A stretch of DNA of 60,926 nt, the filler included. It is 4 parts of 4 records of this genome, joined end to end, with 100 filler letters (N's around TTAATTAATTAA, not from the genome) between each part and the next. Parts side by side here need not be neighbours in the genome. Positions count along the whole stretch, not along the records: positions 1 to 15,803 come from SRR20825019_783; positions 15,904 to 27,379 come from SRR20825019_784; 2 more parts are not named here. The stretch is one strand, 5' to 3'. The notes below the pieces were generated by a model. The model was not told the origin of the DNA and made no database searches. It saw only the letters and a list, made by a program, of their open reading frames with translations. The stretch's first letter is position 1; each line of letters opens with the position of its first letter. A program made the position numbers and the translations under genes. Below, piece by piece: positions 12,148 to 23,695 of the stretch.

Positions 12148-13736
12148 TTTCCCGAGAAGGGTATGCGCCAACTGTAAATCACTAGTCCTGACCGTTGCCA
12201 AATACTTATTCGGTGGTCAGTGCCGCTTCACCACTGGCGCGGGCCAAAATGTTGAGGCCGGTGAGCAGTGAGGCCCGGGATTTCAATGGCCGCGCCGACA
12301 CCGGGATGCCTCTACGGTTTACGTTGCCGGCAGGCCGGTGGTCCGGCGCAGTGACGGGCGCACGGGCCTGGCCTGAGCGGCGCCCCGCCTCAGCGCGGGG
12401 CACCGCCGCCGCCGCCGTCTGACCGCGCCGGCCGCGGCGCGGGCGGGGAGGCGCGCGGGCGGCCGGCGGGCCACACCACAACGCACCGACGGCCGAAGCA
12501 CCCAGTATTGGTCATCCGGTCGAGCCGGGTTAATTAAAATCTCGTAAACTCTTAAACCCATTTATTGCCAATCATAGATATGTGCGATGTCATCAACAGC
12601 TAGCGCCAGAGATCGTTCACAGGTAGACTGACGTACTCGGAGTTGTTCAATGGAATGCGAATAATTCAGAGGCACGGGGAGAAGTGCAACCCAATCATCT
12701 CCGTAGACGCAGTACATCCACATGGATCCGTCTATCGCTTCCAGTGGGCCAAGCCAATGGCCACACCATCATTCCTCCAGGTCGATTATTGCCATGTGAT
12801 CAATTGCTTCTGGAAGAACATTTTCTGCATTTTCCCTCGTCTTGAAGCCCTTGTACATACCCCCCATGCGCCTTAAGATTTGAGTAACACGTATTCGGCA
12901 CCGAGCTGTTGCTGCCATCTTCAAACAACCGCCGTCGCTTCTCAATGTGTTTAGCTATTTCGTTTACTTCCACATCCGGAGGGCCATCTGTAGCTGTTAA
13001 CATAGCGCTTTTCGTCCGTTGGCCATTCGTTGATAGCATTGCTTGCTCTGCCGGATTGATCGGAGCCAGAGGGCTGGTAGGTTCTCACATGAGTCATCTG
13101 ACCATGATCTATCGACCACATGCTCAATCTCTATGCCCTGTGCGCCACGCTCATGACACAACAAATACGCTAATCTTCAAACTCTCAAGGCCACGAACTC
13201 TACGATTCCTCTGATCCCAGAATGCCGCGGGAGGTTATTTTTTATTCAAAACTCGGATCGATGTTAACACGAACGAACACGCAAAATCACGAAGTACAGT
13301 CATGCCCCGCGCTACAATCGAGCGCGGTGGACTTGGGCAAGGACCCTGTAACCACGTGTTGCAGCCTCATCTAGTGGAATGTGCTCATATTCCCAACGAG
13401 AAGATCACGACTGTGCCACCTTCAAGTCCATGAAGCGTGCAGTCTTGCAAATACGTGTATAGTGCACCAAAATTAATGAAAATGCCGAGGCATACAAAGG
13501 AGGAGCTTTTAATCAATAATTCTATGATCGATTGAAGCCATCTGACATGATCCATGCTGTGGATATTCGGATATCCTTGCACTCTGCAGGGGGATCATCA
13601 TCATAGCCAAAACGTGGTGGCACACAACAATACGTGTCGTTTCGTGATTGCAAGGCCACAACAGTGAGCAGATGTGTTTAGGGGAACTGAGTGCATGAGA
13701 GCCCGGTCCATGAATTTGGTTGAGCGCAACGAGGCT

Positions 13737-14876
13737 TTAGGGGCTACTGTTACGGCTAAGACTACTCTCCTCACACGCCAACTCGACCAATGCCTTGCTC
13801 AGTCTGGCCACGCACTCTCGAGAGGGTGTGTGTTCCGCAGCACTGAAGTTGATGCTGCCGAGCCCGGTTACCCAGGGGTGCCGCATGACCTCTGTGATGT
13901 CGGGACGGCGGGATGGCTCGATCGAGATCATCCTGGAGACCAAGTCCTTGAACGCATCTGTACATAATGCATCGTCCACGTAGTATTCTATCGCTTCCCA
14001 GAACTCTTCAACGTGACCCGCATTCCACAGTGAAGCATAGTGGTCTTCAATGCTCAGGTTGGAATCCCAGCAAGGGAAGCCGCACACCATCACGAACAAA
14101 CACACACCCAAGCTATATATATCCGCTTGTCCCGGATGGTACCCCTTCCCCTTGCGCACATTTTTCATCAACGCCTCCGGCGCCCCATAGACAAGACTCC
14201 CGCAAGCGTCGTGCCTCGAATCGATGTTCCTTCCATCAGAAGTGGGGCACCACAGCCCAAAGTCCGCGAGTTTGATACACACACCGCCAACGCATGCGCC
14301 TGTCTTTGCCGTCTCTATGGTAACGCCATTTCTAAAGGACACGAGCAAGTTCTCCAACTTAATATCGCGGTGAGCCACACCACGAGAATGACATGCTTGA
14401 ACACCCATGGAAGCTTGAATGAAGAGGGCGCGTGCTGCCGCAGGGCCTAACGAGCCGTCTAGTTTGACCATGAGTGCGTTCATGTCAGTATCGCACAGAT
14501 CTGTGACAAGGTATGCCTTCGAGTCCTCGCAAAATGCATCGTGAGCTTCAAGCACGTGTTTATGACGTACAAGGTTCATTCCTTGATACTCCCACAAAAT
14601 CTTACGTGTAGCATCCTCATTACCCGGTTCAGTGCGAATATACTTCACTGCGACCAATAAGTTTTTGTCTCCATCGCCTTTTTGCCTTGCCTGCATCACG
14701 CCACCACTTTTTCTCACAGCAATGGGCCGAAGAGCACGATACTCTGACTTAAATCTTTTCTTTTCGAGGATGGTCTTTGACTTTTGTGTGATGGCATTAG
14801 TACGTGCACAGCCGATAGGGTCGGATGGACAGATAGACAGCGATAGCAGTTGACTCGGCAGTGACTCTGAATTCAT
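13737..14876 (-). CDS. Ser/Thr protein kinase, CAMK-like, intronless
   Basis: VAVK, HRDIKLEN, DFG, CGSLVYGAPE, ADIYSLGV, RRP motifs; the ORF extension to 15425 runs through the GC island and is probably non-coding. Confidence 0.88.
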   Translation of the reverse strand: MNSESLPSQLLSLSICPSDPIGCARTNAITQKSKTILEKKRFKSEYRALRPIAVRKSGGVMQARQKGDGDKNLLVAVKYIRTEPGNEDATRKILWEYQGMNLVRHKHVLEAHDAFCEDSKAYLVTDLCDTDMNALMVKLDGSLGPAAARALFIQASMGVQACHSRGVAHRDIKLENLLVSFRNGVTIETAKTGACVGGVCIKLADFGLWCPTSDGRNIDSRHDACGSLVYGAPEALMKNVRKGKGYHPGQADIYSLGVCLFVMVCGFPCWDSNLSIEDHYASLWNAGHVEEFWEAIEYYVDDALCTDAFKDLVSRMISIEPSRRPDITEVMRHPWVTGLGSINFSAAEHTPSRECVARLSKALVELACEESSLSRNSSP

Positions 14877-15476
14877 AGTCTGGCCAGGCCTGGGGACACA
14901 GTGCCGTTTGAATCGGCAATGACCCGGGATAGAAGTACTGGCATAGTCAGGCGGGTCTATTAATGAATATAATACGGCCGCGTCAACTGGGCTCCCACGG
15001 TTGGGCCCGCTGGGATCGGGACCGGGCAGCCCGCCCGAGCCCCCCGGTCCGGCACCGGCCGCGCAGAGCCAGTGGAGTCTCAGTGGCACGGCCATCCGCC
15101 CCGGCGCGGCGGCCGCCCCGGGCGGCCGCCCGACCGGCTCAGTGCGAACTGACCAGGGCCGGCACCCGGTCCTGCAGCCTCGGGCACGGGCTGGCCGGTT
15201 CATGAAGGCAGCTGGCCGCCGCGGCTCGCCAAACCGCGGGCCAACAATGAGGCTCATCCCACGGCAACCAAGCCCGCCCGACTGTTGCTGCGAGCCTCCG
15301 GGTGAAGGCTGGCGGCTCGCTAGCACGCCGCGGCATCCCGGCTTTTCATGCTGGACTGGGTCGCAATAATTAGCCGGCACCCATGCAGTCACTCGTAACC
15401 CAATCAGTGGAAGCGGAAGATCCAAGTTGAAAGGGTAGATTATTGGCCCATCGCCTTCCCAATAACAGCCGTCCGC

Positions 15477-15713
15477 TCAGCCAAGCGTGCAGAATGACGT
15501 CAGAATGACAATCTTCGAACCCCTCCGCCCTCGGCGAGTTGGACTGACTGGTGTGAGCACCTTACTCGGATTGACGCTGAGAGTGTGAGAGGGCCTCACG
15601 GACGAAAGGGAATCAGCCCGACTCCGCTGAACGGGTAACAAAGAATTCCACCTCCTGTTCACTGAGGAATCGTCCTCGAAACGATCGGGCCCTTCATTCC
15701 CGCCAGATTTCAT
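15477..15713 (-). CDS. Possible 3' fragment of a gene truncated at the contig end
   Basis: Short Ser/Arg-rich ORF beside the contig end; no recognisable domain. Confidence 0.25.
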   Translation of the reverse strand: MKSGGNEGPDRFEDDSSVNRRWNSLLPVQRSRADSLSSVRPSHTLSVNPSKVLTPVSPTRRGRRGSKIVILTSFCTLG

Positions 15714-15803
15714 TTCGAGTCACGCCTGGACGGCCTGGTCACGATCTGCATGATGGGACGGTAGCCCGGAAATCCGTACCCCCCCCCCCCCCCCCCCCCC
15801 CCC

Positions 15804-15903
15804 NNNNNNNNNNNNNNNNNNNNNNNNNNNNNNNNNNNNNNNNNNNNTTAATTAATTAANNNNNNNNNNNNNNNNNNNNNNNNNNNNNNNNNNNNNNNNN
15901 NNN
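15804..15903. other. Artificial contig spacer
   Basis: N44-TTAATTAATTAA-N44 (stops in all six frames). Confidence 0.99.
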
Positions 15904-17143
15904 GCTGAAGATCAAGCACAACAACGTGCTGGGTTATTTCATCGAAACAACGGCCACCCACGCCGAAAAGATGCTGTCGCCACCGCTGTCCGAAACCTTT
16001 ATCCACCGTCAGACCACGGCCAATCAGGTGCGGTTCACCACCGTTGAGTTGTCCGAGATGGAGACCAAGATCCTGAATGCGGGCAACCGTGCGATCGAGA
16101 CGGAAAAGCGGCTCTATCAAATGCTTTCCGACACTGTTCTGGCAAAGGCGGCCGAGATTTTTCAGACCGCCACCGCGCTGGCCGAACTTGATGTGTCCTG
16201 TGCCCTTGCCCGTCTGGCGCGCGCCGAAGACTGGTGCCGCCCGCAAGTGGACGACAGCCGCGCGTTTGACATCGTCGGTGGGCGGCATCCTGTCGTGGAA
16301 AAATCCCTGCGCGATGGATCAGGTGCGCCGTTCATCGCCAACGACTGCAACCTGACCGCCGAAGACGGATCGAACATCTGGCTGCTGACCGGTCCGAACA
16401 TGGCCGGTAAGTCGACCTTCCTGCGGCAGAACGCCCTGATCGCCCTGCTGGCGCAAATGGGCAGCTACGTGCCTGCCACCACTGCCCGTATCGGCGTGAT
16501 CAGCCAGTTGTTCAGCCGCGTCGGCGCCGCTGACGATCTGGCACGCGGACGGTCCACGTTCATGGTGGAAATGGTCGAAACCGCGGCGATCCTGAATCAG
16601 GCGGACGACAGGGCGCTGGTGATCCTGGACGAAATCGGTCGCGGCACGGCTACCTATGACGGTCTGTCCATCGCTTGGGCGACACTGGAACACCTGCACG
16701 ACGGCAACAAAAGCCGCGCGCTGTTCGCCACGCACTATCACGAACTGACCGCGCTGGCCGGCAAGCTGGACCATGTCGACAACGCGACCGTCGCCGTCAA
16801 GGAATTCGACGGCGAGGTCGTGTTCCTACATGAGGTCCAAAAAGGCGCGGCAGACCGGTCCTATGGCGTGCAGGTCGCACAGCTTGCCGGGTTGCCACCC
16901 TCGGTCATCGCCCGCGCCCGCACGGTGCTGGAGGCGCTGGAAAAGGGCGAGCGCGAAGGCGGTGCCACGCAAAAGGCAATTATCGACGACCTGCCATTGT
17001 TCAGCATGCAGGCCACCGCAGCCGCACCAAAAGCCGCGAAAAGCCCTGTGTTGGATTTGATAGGCGATCTGCACCCTGACGAGATGACGCCGAAACAGGC
17101 GCTTGAGGCGCTCTACAAACTGAAAGAGGCGGCCAAAACCTGA
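15904..17143 (+). CDS. mutS: DNA mismatch repair protein MutS, 5'-truncated
   Basis: [58 protein letters not shown]. Confidence 0.98.
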
Positions 17144-17174
17144 CCGCCTCTTCAGAAATTCAATTTCAGACGTC

Positions 17175-17738
17175 TTAGGACGCGGGCATCGATGACACGC
17201 CCACTTGCGCCGGGCGCAGCAAACGGTCGTGCAGCATGAACCCTTCGGCGGCAACCTGGATGATCTCGCCCGCCTTGGTGCCGGGGACGGGTGCCTCGAA
17301 CATTGCCTGATGGTGTTGCGGATCGAACTTGTCGCCCACTTCGGGCGCGATCATGTCGATGCCGTGCTTTTTGAACACGCTCAACAGCTCGCGCATGGTC
17401 AGCTCGATGCCTTCCAGCAACGGACCCGCAACGCTGCGCTGATCCTCGGTCACGGCGTCCAGCGCGCGTTTCATGTTGTCGTATACCGGCAGCATGTCGC
17501 GGGCCAGCTTGGACCCGCCATAGTTCTCGGCCTCGCGCCGGTCCTTGTCGGACCGCTTGCGCGCGTTTTCCGCGTCGGCCAGCGCCCGCATGAACCGGTC
17601 CTTCAATTGATCCCGTTCAGCGCGCAACTGGTCCAGCTCCAGCGCCTCGTCATCAATCTCGGCCATTTCATCCGCATATGCGTCTGCTTCTGCCGCGTCG
17701 ATGTCGTCCAGGAAATCGTTGTCTTTCGGCTCCGCCAT
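17175..17738 (-). CDS. grpE: Nucleotide exchange factor GrpE
   Basis: RALADAENARKR, FDPQHHQAM, GFMLHDRLLRPAQVGV; downstream of hrcA. Confidence 0.98.
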   Translation of the reverse strand: MAEPKDNDFLDDIDAAEADAYADEMAEIDDEALELDQLRAERDQLKDRFMRALADAENARKRSDKDRREAENYGGSKLARDMLPVYDNMKRALDAVTEDQRSVAGPLLEGIELTMRELLSVFKKHGIDMIAPEVGDKFDPQHHQAMFEAPVPGTKAGEIIQVAAEGFMLHDRLLRPAQVGVSSMPAS

Positions 17739-17747
17739 TCTTCACCT

Positions 17748-18812
17748 CTAACTTTTATCGGTCAGCAATTTGCCCACCAATTGCGCCGTATAATCCACAA
17801 TCGGAACGATGCGCCCATAGTTCAGCCGCGTGGGCCCGATGACCCCGACCGCTCCGATGATCTTTCGATCCGCGTTCATATATGGGGAAACCACCAGAGA
17901 GGAACCCGAAAGTGAAAAAAGTTTGTTTTCCGAGCCGATAAAAATGCGCACACCGTGACCTTCGTCAGTCAGTTCAAGGAATTCGGCGATGTCACGTTTG
18001 CGTTCCAGGTCGTCGAACAGCGTACGGATGCGGTCCAGATCCTCGCCGTCGCCCGCGGCACCCAACAGATTCGACCGTCCCCGCACGATCAACCGTTGAT
18101 TTCGGTCGTCATCGCCATCCCAGACGGCCAACCCCTGTTCCACCAGTTCGGCCGCCAGACTGTCGATTTCGCGGCGGCGCTTTTTGATCTCGACCTGGAT
18201 CACCGACTGCACTTCGCCCAGCGTCTTGCCTTCGATCAGTGCGTTCAGGAAATTCGCAGCCTCGCGCATCGAACTGGGCGTTTGTCCGGGCGGCGGCGTG
18301 AACAGACGGTTTTCCACATGACCGTCGGCCAGCACAAGAACGCCCAATGCGCGGTCGTGCCCCAATGAGACAAATTCGATATGTTTGATCGGTGCCTCGT
18401 GCTTGGGTGCCAGCACCAGCGACGCACCCTGTGTCACGCCGGACAGCGCCGAACCGACGCGGTCCAACAATCCGGCCACGTCCCGTTCGCCCGCGCCGCG
18501 TGTCGCGTCGATCTTTTCGCGGTCGGCGGAATCCGGCAGGCCCACTTCCATCAGCCCGTCCACGAACATCCGCAACCCGCGCTGGGTCGGGATACGCCCG
18601 GCGGACACGTGCGGGCTGTCCAGCAACCCCATGAACTCCAGATCCTGCATCACGTTGCGAATTGTTGCTGCGCTGACCTTTTCGCTGAAATCACGGGTCA
18701 GCGTGCGCGACCCCACCGGATCGCCGTTAGCAAGATAGCCTTCGACCACGCGACGAAACACTTCGCGCGACCGGTCGTTCAACTCTTCCATGATATTCGG
18801 TGTGTCTGTCAT
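17748..18812 (-). CDS. hrcA: Heat-inducible transcription repressor HrcA
   Basis: PVGSRTL, SAATIRNVMQDLE, PHVSAGRIPT, GVIGPTRLNY. Confidence 0.98.
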   Translation of the reverse strand: MTDTPNIMEELNDRSREVFRRVVEGYLANGDPVGSRTLTRDFSEKVSAATIRNVMQDLEFMGLLDSPHVSAGRIPTQRGLRMFVDGLMEVGLPDSADREKIDATRGAGERDVAGLLDRVGSALSGVTQGASLVLAPKHEAPIKHIEFVSLGHDRALGVLVLADGHVENRLFTPPPGQTPSSMREAANFLNALIEGKTLGEVQSVIQVEIKKRRREIDSLAAELVEQGLAVWDGDDDRNQRLIVRGRSNLLGAAGDGEDLDRIRTLFDDLERKRDIAEFLELTDEGHGVRIFIGSENKLFSLSGSSLVVSPYMNADRKIIGAVGVIGPTRLNYGRIVPIVDYTAQLVGKLLTDKS

Positions 18813-18921
18813 ATTTGCCTCGGCGTCGCCACTAGACGGGCTGGGTTACAAAAGGTCAATCGTACTTGCGTCACAGGCCCGTGGGGCGTTATCCCCGCCC
18901 CAACAGTGAAAAGGATTTATC

Positions 18922-19635
18922 ATGCGACCTTCGGGAAGAAAACTGGACGAAATGCGTGCCGTGTCGATCGAAACCGGCTTTACCAAACATGCCGAAGGGT
19001 CCGCGCTGATCAAGATCGGGCACACCCATGTCCTGTGCACCGCGACCATCGAGGACCGCGTGCCGCCCTTTATCAAGGGGTCCGGGTTGGGCTGGGTCAC
19101 TGCAGAATACGGGATGCTGCCGCGTGCCACAAACACCCGGATGCGCCGCGAGGCTGCTATGGGCAAACAAGGTGGCCGTACCGTTGAAATCCAACGCCTG
19201 ATCGGCCGCTCGCTGCGGGCGGGCGTGGACCGCTCTGCCTTGGGCGAACGCCAGATCACCATCGACTGTGACGTGCTGCAAGCCGATGGCGGTACCCGCT
19301 GTGCGTCGATCACCGGCGGTTGGGTCGCGCTGAAACTGGCGGTGAACAAGCTGATGAAAGCGGGCGATATCGTCTCTGACCCCTTGGTAGACCCTGTTGC
19401 GGCCGTCAGCTGCGGGATTTACGCGGGCCAGCCGGTTCTGGATCTGGACTACCCTGAAGACAGCGAAGCCGGTGTCGACGGCAACTTTATCCTGACCGGC
19501 ACGGGCCGGTTGATCGAGGTGCAGATGAGCGCCGAAGGCCAGACATTCTCGCGCGATCAGATGAACCAGCTGATGGATCTGGCGGAAAAAGGCGTGGCCG
19601 AACTGGTCGCCGCACAAAAGGCAGCCACGGCATGA
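18922..19635 (+). CDS. rph: Ribonuclease PH
   Basis: [38 protein letters not shown]. Confidence 0.99.
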   Translation: MRPSGRKLDEMRAVSIETGFTKHAEGSALIKIGHTHVLCTATIEDRVPPFIKGSGLGWVTAEYGMLPRATNTRMRREAAMGKQGGRTVEIQRLIGRSLRAGVDRSALGERQITIDCDVLQADGGTRCASITGGWVALKLAVNKLMKAGDIVSDPLVDPVAAVSCGIYAGQPVLDLDYPEDSEAGVDGNFILTGTGRLIEVQMSAEGQTFSRDQMNQLMDLAEKGVAELVAAQKAATA

Positions 19636-20243
19636 CACGCAAATTCACCGGTGACCGGCTGTTGGTGGCCACTCACAACGCGGGCAAGCTGGAAGAGATG
19701 TTTGCCCTGTTCCAGCCGCTTGGCGTACAGGTCATCGGTGCCGCCGAGATGAAACTGGCGGAGCCGGAAGAAACCGAAAGCACCTTTGTCGGAAACGCCC
19801 GGATCAAGGCGCACGCCGCGGCACAGGCCACCGGCCTGCCCGCCCTGTCGGACGATTCCGGTATTCAGGTCGACGCATTGGACGGCGCCCCCGGCGTTTA
19901 CACCGCGGACTGGGCGGAAACGCCCAATGGCCGCGATTTCCTGATGGCGATGACGAAAACCCGCAATCTTCTGGAAGAACGCAACGCGCCCGAACCCCGC
20001 ACCGCGCGGTTTTGCTCGACGCTGGTGATGGCCTGGCCGGACGGCCATGACGAGGTCTTCGAGGGCACAGTTGAGGGCACATTGGTATGGCCCATTCGCG
20101 GTGAACAAGGCCACGGATATGACCCGATGTTCCAACCGGTTGGTCACGACGTCACCTTTGCAGAAATGACCGCCGACGCAAAGAACAAGATCAGCCATCG
20201 CGCCAATGCGTTCAAAAAACTGATCGACGGCTGCTTTGACTGA
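19632..20243 (+). CDS. rdgB: RdgB/HAM1 non-canonical purine NTP pyrophosphatase
   Basis: [31 protein letters not shown] overlap with rph. Confidence 0.97.
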   Translation: MTRKFTGDRLLVATHNAGKLEEMFALFQPLGVQVIGAAEMKLAEPEETESTFVGNARIKAHAAAQATGLPALSDDSGIQVDALDGAPGVYTADWAETPNGRDFLMAMTKTRNLLEERNAPEPRTARFCSTLVMAWPDGHDEVFEGTVEGTLVWPIRGEQGHGYDPMFQPVGHDVTFAEMTADAKNKISHRANAFKKLIDGCFD

Positions 20244-21381
20244 AGATTGGCAAAACGGCGGCTTCGGGATTTACATCCACTGGCCGTTTTGTGCCGCCAA
20301 ATGCCCCTATTGCGACTTTAACAGTCACGTTGCACGCACCATTGACCATGCGGCGTGGCGCAATGCCTATCTGGAAGAGATCCGCAAAGCCGCCGAACAG
20401 ACGCCTGGGCGTATCGTGCACACCGTGTTTTTTGGCGGCGGCACCCCCAGCCTGATGGAGCCCTGGGTCGTCGCCGATATCATCGACGCGATCCGTAAAC
20501 ACTGGCCCACCGCCAACGACATGGAAATCACGCTGGAAGCCAACCCCGGCTCGGTTGAGGCGCAGCGCTTTGCCGATTTCCGCGCGGGGGGCGTGAACCG
20601 CATTTCGATGGGCATTCAGGCGCTGAACGATGAGGATCTGCGCCGGCTGGGCCGTATTCATTCGGCTGACGAGGCGCGCGCCGCATTCGACATTGCGCGC
20701 AAAACCTTTGATCGGGTCAGCTTTGACCTGATTTATGGTCGGCAAAAACAAACTTTGGCTGATTGGGAATCCGAGCTGAAACAGGCTCTGACCATGGCGA
20801 TAGACCACCTTTCGCTGTATCAGCTGACCATCGAGCAAGGCACGGCTTTCGGCGACCGCTACAACGCGGGCAAGCTGGCCGGCCTGCCCGACGAAGACCG
20901 CGCCGCCGATATGTTCACCCTGACCCGCGACATCTGCGCCGATTTCGGCATGCCCGCATATGAGGTCAGCAATCACGCCCGCGATGGCGCGCAATCTCGG
21001 CACAACCTGATTTACTGGCGTTACGGAGATTACGTCGGTATCGGCCCCGGCGCGCATGGTCGGCTGACCCTGAACGGCCAACGGTTTGCCACCGAAGCGC
21101 CCACCAACCCCAAACGCTGGCTGGAAGAGCTGCGACAACTGCCAAACGTCGCCCTGACCGGTGAAGATCAGGCCAACGAATTTCTTTTGATGGGCCTTCG
21201 TCTGACCGATGGCGTGGATTTGGCGCGTTTTGAAGCGCTTTCGGGGCGCTCTGTGGCCCCTGATACGCTGAAAAACCTCTCAGAGCTTGGTTTGCTCGAT
21301 CAGAGAGGCCGAAAAATTTCCGTTACAGAACAAGGTGTTAGCGTTTTGAACGGCGTTTTGCGCGAATTGCTTGCGGATTAG
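20236..21381 (+). CDS. hemW: Radical SAM heme chaperone HemW
   Basis: [35 protein letters not shown]; follows rdgB. Confidence 0.96.
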   Translation: MTEDWQNGGFGIYIHWPFCAAKCPYCDFNSHVARTIDHAAWRNAYLEEIRKAAEQTPGRIVHTVFFGGGTPSLMEPWVVADIIDAIRKHWPTANDMEITLEANPGSVEAQRFADFRAGGVNRISMGIQALNDEDLRRLGRIHSADEARAAFDIARKTFDRVSFDLIYGRQKQTLADWESELKQALTMAIDHLSLYQLTIEQGTAFGDRYNAGKLAGLPDEDRAADMFTLTRDICADFGMPAYEVSNHARDGAQSRHNLIYWRYGDYVGIGPGAHGRLTLNGQRFATEAPTNPKRWLEELRQLPNVALTGEDQANEFLLMGLRLTDGVDLARFEALSGRSVAPDTLKNLSELGLLDQRGRKISVTEQGVSVLNGVLRELLAD

Positions 21382-22268
21382 CTTCCGCTGAGGATCCGGC
21401 ACAATTCGTCCAGTTCTTCCAACGTCTTGTACGAAATCGACATCTGACCCGCCTCGGCCCCCGGCTTGTGCGACAGTTGAACGGTCATGCCCAAAGCCGC
21501 CGAAAGATCACCTTCGAGCGCCTTGGTGTCCGCGTCCTTTGTTTCGCCTGCCCGTTTGGAACTTTTGGGCGCTGTTTCTTCGCCCCGACCTTGCATGGAT
21601 TTCACCAAAGCTTCGGTCGCGCGCACGCTCAACCCTTCGGCCACAACCTTTCGTGCGAGCGCCGACGGATCATCCGCCGTGATCAACGCGCGTGCGTGAC
21701 CCGAGGACAGATCGCCCTTGCGCACCATCTCGACGACATCGTCGGGCAATTGCAACAACCGCAACAGGTTCGCGATATGGCTCCGGCTTTTGCCCAAAGC
21801 CTCGGCCATCTTTTCCTGGGTATGGCCAAACTTGTCCATCAACTGACGATAGCCGGCCGCCTCTTCGATCGCGTTCAGATCCGCCCGTTGAATGTTTTCG
21901 ATAATCGCGACTTCCAACACTTCCATGTCGTCAAAGTCGCGCAGGATCACTGGCAGCTCATGCAGTTTTGCCATCTGTGCCGCACGCCAACGGCGCTCGC
22001 CGGCGACGATTTCGAATCCGCCATCTTTCTCGCGCACGATCAGCGGCTGAATCACACCCTTTTCGGCAATCGAGGCCGCCAGATCATCCAGATCGTCCTG
22101 CGTAAACCGTTTGCGCGGCTGATCCGGGTTCGGTTTGACCTGCTCAATCGGAACCATCCGCACACCCGAGGCAGCACTTTCCACGGTCACCTTCTCGGCC
22201 TCGTTAACATCCGCCATCAGCGCTGAAAGCCCACGGCCGAGTCCGCGTTTTTTATCCTTGGGTACCAT
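21378..22268 (-). CDS. parB: Chromosome partitioning protein ParB
   Basis: GLGRGLSAL, IVAGERRWRA, IIENIQRADLN, HTH region. Confidence 0.98.
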   Translation of the reverse strand: MVPKDKKRGLGRGLSALMADVNEAEKVTVESAASGVRMVPIEQVKPNPDQPRKRFTQDDLDDLAASIAEKGVIQPLIVREKDGGFEIVAGERRWRAAQMAKLHELPVILRDFDDMEVLEVAIIENIQRADLNAIEEAAGYRQLMDKFGHTQEKMAEALGKSRSHIANLLRLLQLPDDVVEMVRKGDLSSGHARALITADDPSALARKVVAEGLSVRATEALVKSMQGRGEETAPKSSKRAGETKDADTKALEGDLSAALGMTVQLSHKPGAEAGQMSISYKTLEELDELCRILSGS

Positions 22269-22269
22269 C

Positions 22270-23085
22270 TCAGGCCTCTACTTTCTGTCGTGCATTGTTC
22301 CGAATAAATTCAACCGCCAGGTCGCGATAGGCTTTGGCCCCCCGCGAAGTTGGGTCATAGCTCAGCACCGGCATCGCAAAAGACGGCGCTTCCGACACGC
22401 GCACGTTGCGCGGGATCACAGTCTTGAACACCAGTTCGCCCAGGTTGTCGCGCGCGTCCTGTTCGACCTGCAAACTCAAGTTGTTGCGTTGGTCGTACAT
22501 GGTCAACACAATACCTTCGATCCGAAGGTCCTTGTTCCCCGATTGCCGGACCTCTCGAACGGTCAACATCAATTGCGACAAACCTTCGAGCGCAAAGAAT
22601 TCGGATTGCAGCGGCACCAGGACGGAATGCGCGGCAATCATCGCGTTCACCGTCAACAGGTTCAACGATGGCGGGCAATCAATCAGCACATAATCAAAGC
22701 CAAAAGGGTCCATCTGGATCTGGCGCAGCGCATCATGCAGCAGAAAGCTGCGTTTTTCGTTGGACATCAATTCAAGGTCCGCAGAGCTCAGGTCCACCGT
22801 CGCCGGTATGATAAACAGATTTGCCTCGGACGTGGGCAGGATCGCCTCGACCAGGTCGACGTCTTCCAATAACAACTCGTAGGTCGTCAGAACCCGGTCA
22901 TCTACCTCGATCCCAAGCCCGGTCGACGCATTCCCTTGCGGATCAAGATCCACCAACAGAACCTTGCGCCCCTGCTCGGCCAGCGCCGCAGCAAGGTTGA
23001 TCGACGTCGTCGTTTTGCCGACGCCGCCTTTCTGGTTTGCAATTGCCACGATCTTGGGTCCGATGGGGCGTGTTGGGTCAGACAC
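22270..23085 (-). CDS. parA: Chromosome partitioning ATPase ParA/Soj
   Basis: NQKGGVGKTTT, DLDPQGN, DCPPSL, IPRNVRVSEAPS. Confidence 0.98.
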   Translation of the reverse strand: MSDPTRPIGPKIVAIANQKGGVGKTTTSINLAAALAEQGRKVLLVDLDPQGNASTGLGIEVDDRVLTTYELLLEDVDLVEAILPTSEANLFIIPATVDLSSADLELMSNEKRSFLLHDALRQIQMDPFGFDYVLIDCPPSLNLLTVNAMIAAHSVLVPLQSEFFALEGLSQLMLTVREVRQSGNKDLRIEGIVLTMYDQRNNLSLQVEQDARDNLGELVFKTVIPRNVRVSEAPSFAMPVLSYDPTSRGAKAYRDLAVEFIRNNARQKVEA

Positions 23086-23695
23086 GTTTCAACTCCTTGA
23101 TCTGCAAAACGGCTGCCTGCGCGTCCGTATGGCTGGTGTGAGCAATACAATCAAATGTCCATGCTTTTTGGGCTGTATCAAGCTCTGACTGCCAGATTTC
23201 CCCTTTTGGGAACAACGCTTGCCCTTCGGAAGACATATGTTGTGCGACAAATTCAAGCAATTCGGAAAGCTGCGACAACGCCCGTGCCGAAATGACATCG
23301 GCATTCAGCGGGTCGATCTCTTCAATCCGCCGGGCCACAACAGTCGCGTTCAGGCCAATTTCGCGTATCGCGGTGCGCAGAAAGGTCGATTTTCGCTGAT
23401 CGCTTTCCACCAGAGTAAATCTGGTGTCAGGGGCCTCATGTTTGGCGAAGATCGCACAAATGATGGCTGGAAACCCGCCTCCGCTGCCAAAATCGGCCCA
23501 ATGCGCAACTTTTGGTGCCAGCTTCCAAACCTGTGCCGAATCCCAGATGTGCCGGTTCCACAACTCGGGCGCGCTGGAACGCGAAACAAGGTTGATCTTG
23601 GCATTCCATTTCAGGAAGAGGTCATGAAAGCCTTGAAGGTCATGCAATGTTTCACGTGAAACATCATCGGCAAGCCAGTCCGGTACAATCGTCAT
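23078..23695 (-). CDS. rsmG: 16S rRNA m7G527 methyltransferase RsmG (GidB)
   Basis: [35 protein letters not shown]. Confidence 0.97.
   Translation of the reverse strand: MTIVPDWLADDVSRETLHDLQGFHDLFLKWNAKINLVSRSSAPELWNRHIWDSAQVWKLAPKVAHWADFGSGGGFPAIICAIFAKHEAPDTRFTLVESDQRKSTFLRTAIREIGLNATVVARRIEEIDPLNADVISARALSQLSELLEFVAQHMSSEGQALFPKGEIWQSELDTAQKAWTFDCIAHTSHTDAQAAVLQIKELKRV
23648..23663. promoter_or_regulatory. parS site inside rsmG
   Basis: Perfect palindrome TGTTTCACGTGAAACA, just upstream of parAB. Confidence 0.95.

Noticed and set aside
15779-15803. Poly-C/poly-G tracts at contig ends (also 27480-27502 and 60899-60926)
   Set aside because: Probably sequencing or assembly end artefacts, so true length and function cannot be judged
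15848-15859. TTAATTAATTAA palindrome occurring three times
   Set aside because: Always centred in identical N runs; an artificial six-frame-stop joiner
18813-18921. CIRCE operator or terminator between hrcA and rph
   Set aside because: No TTAGCACTC-N9-GAGTGCTAA; the hairpin at 18882-18902 lacks a U-tract and cannot be assigned a function
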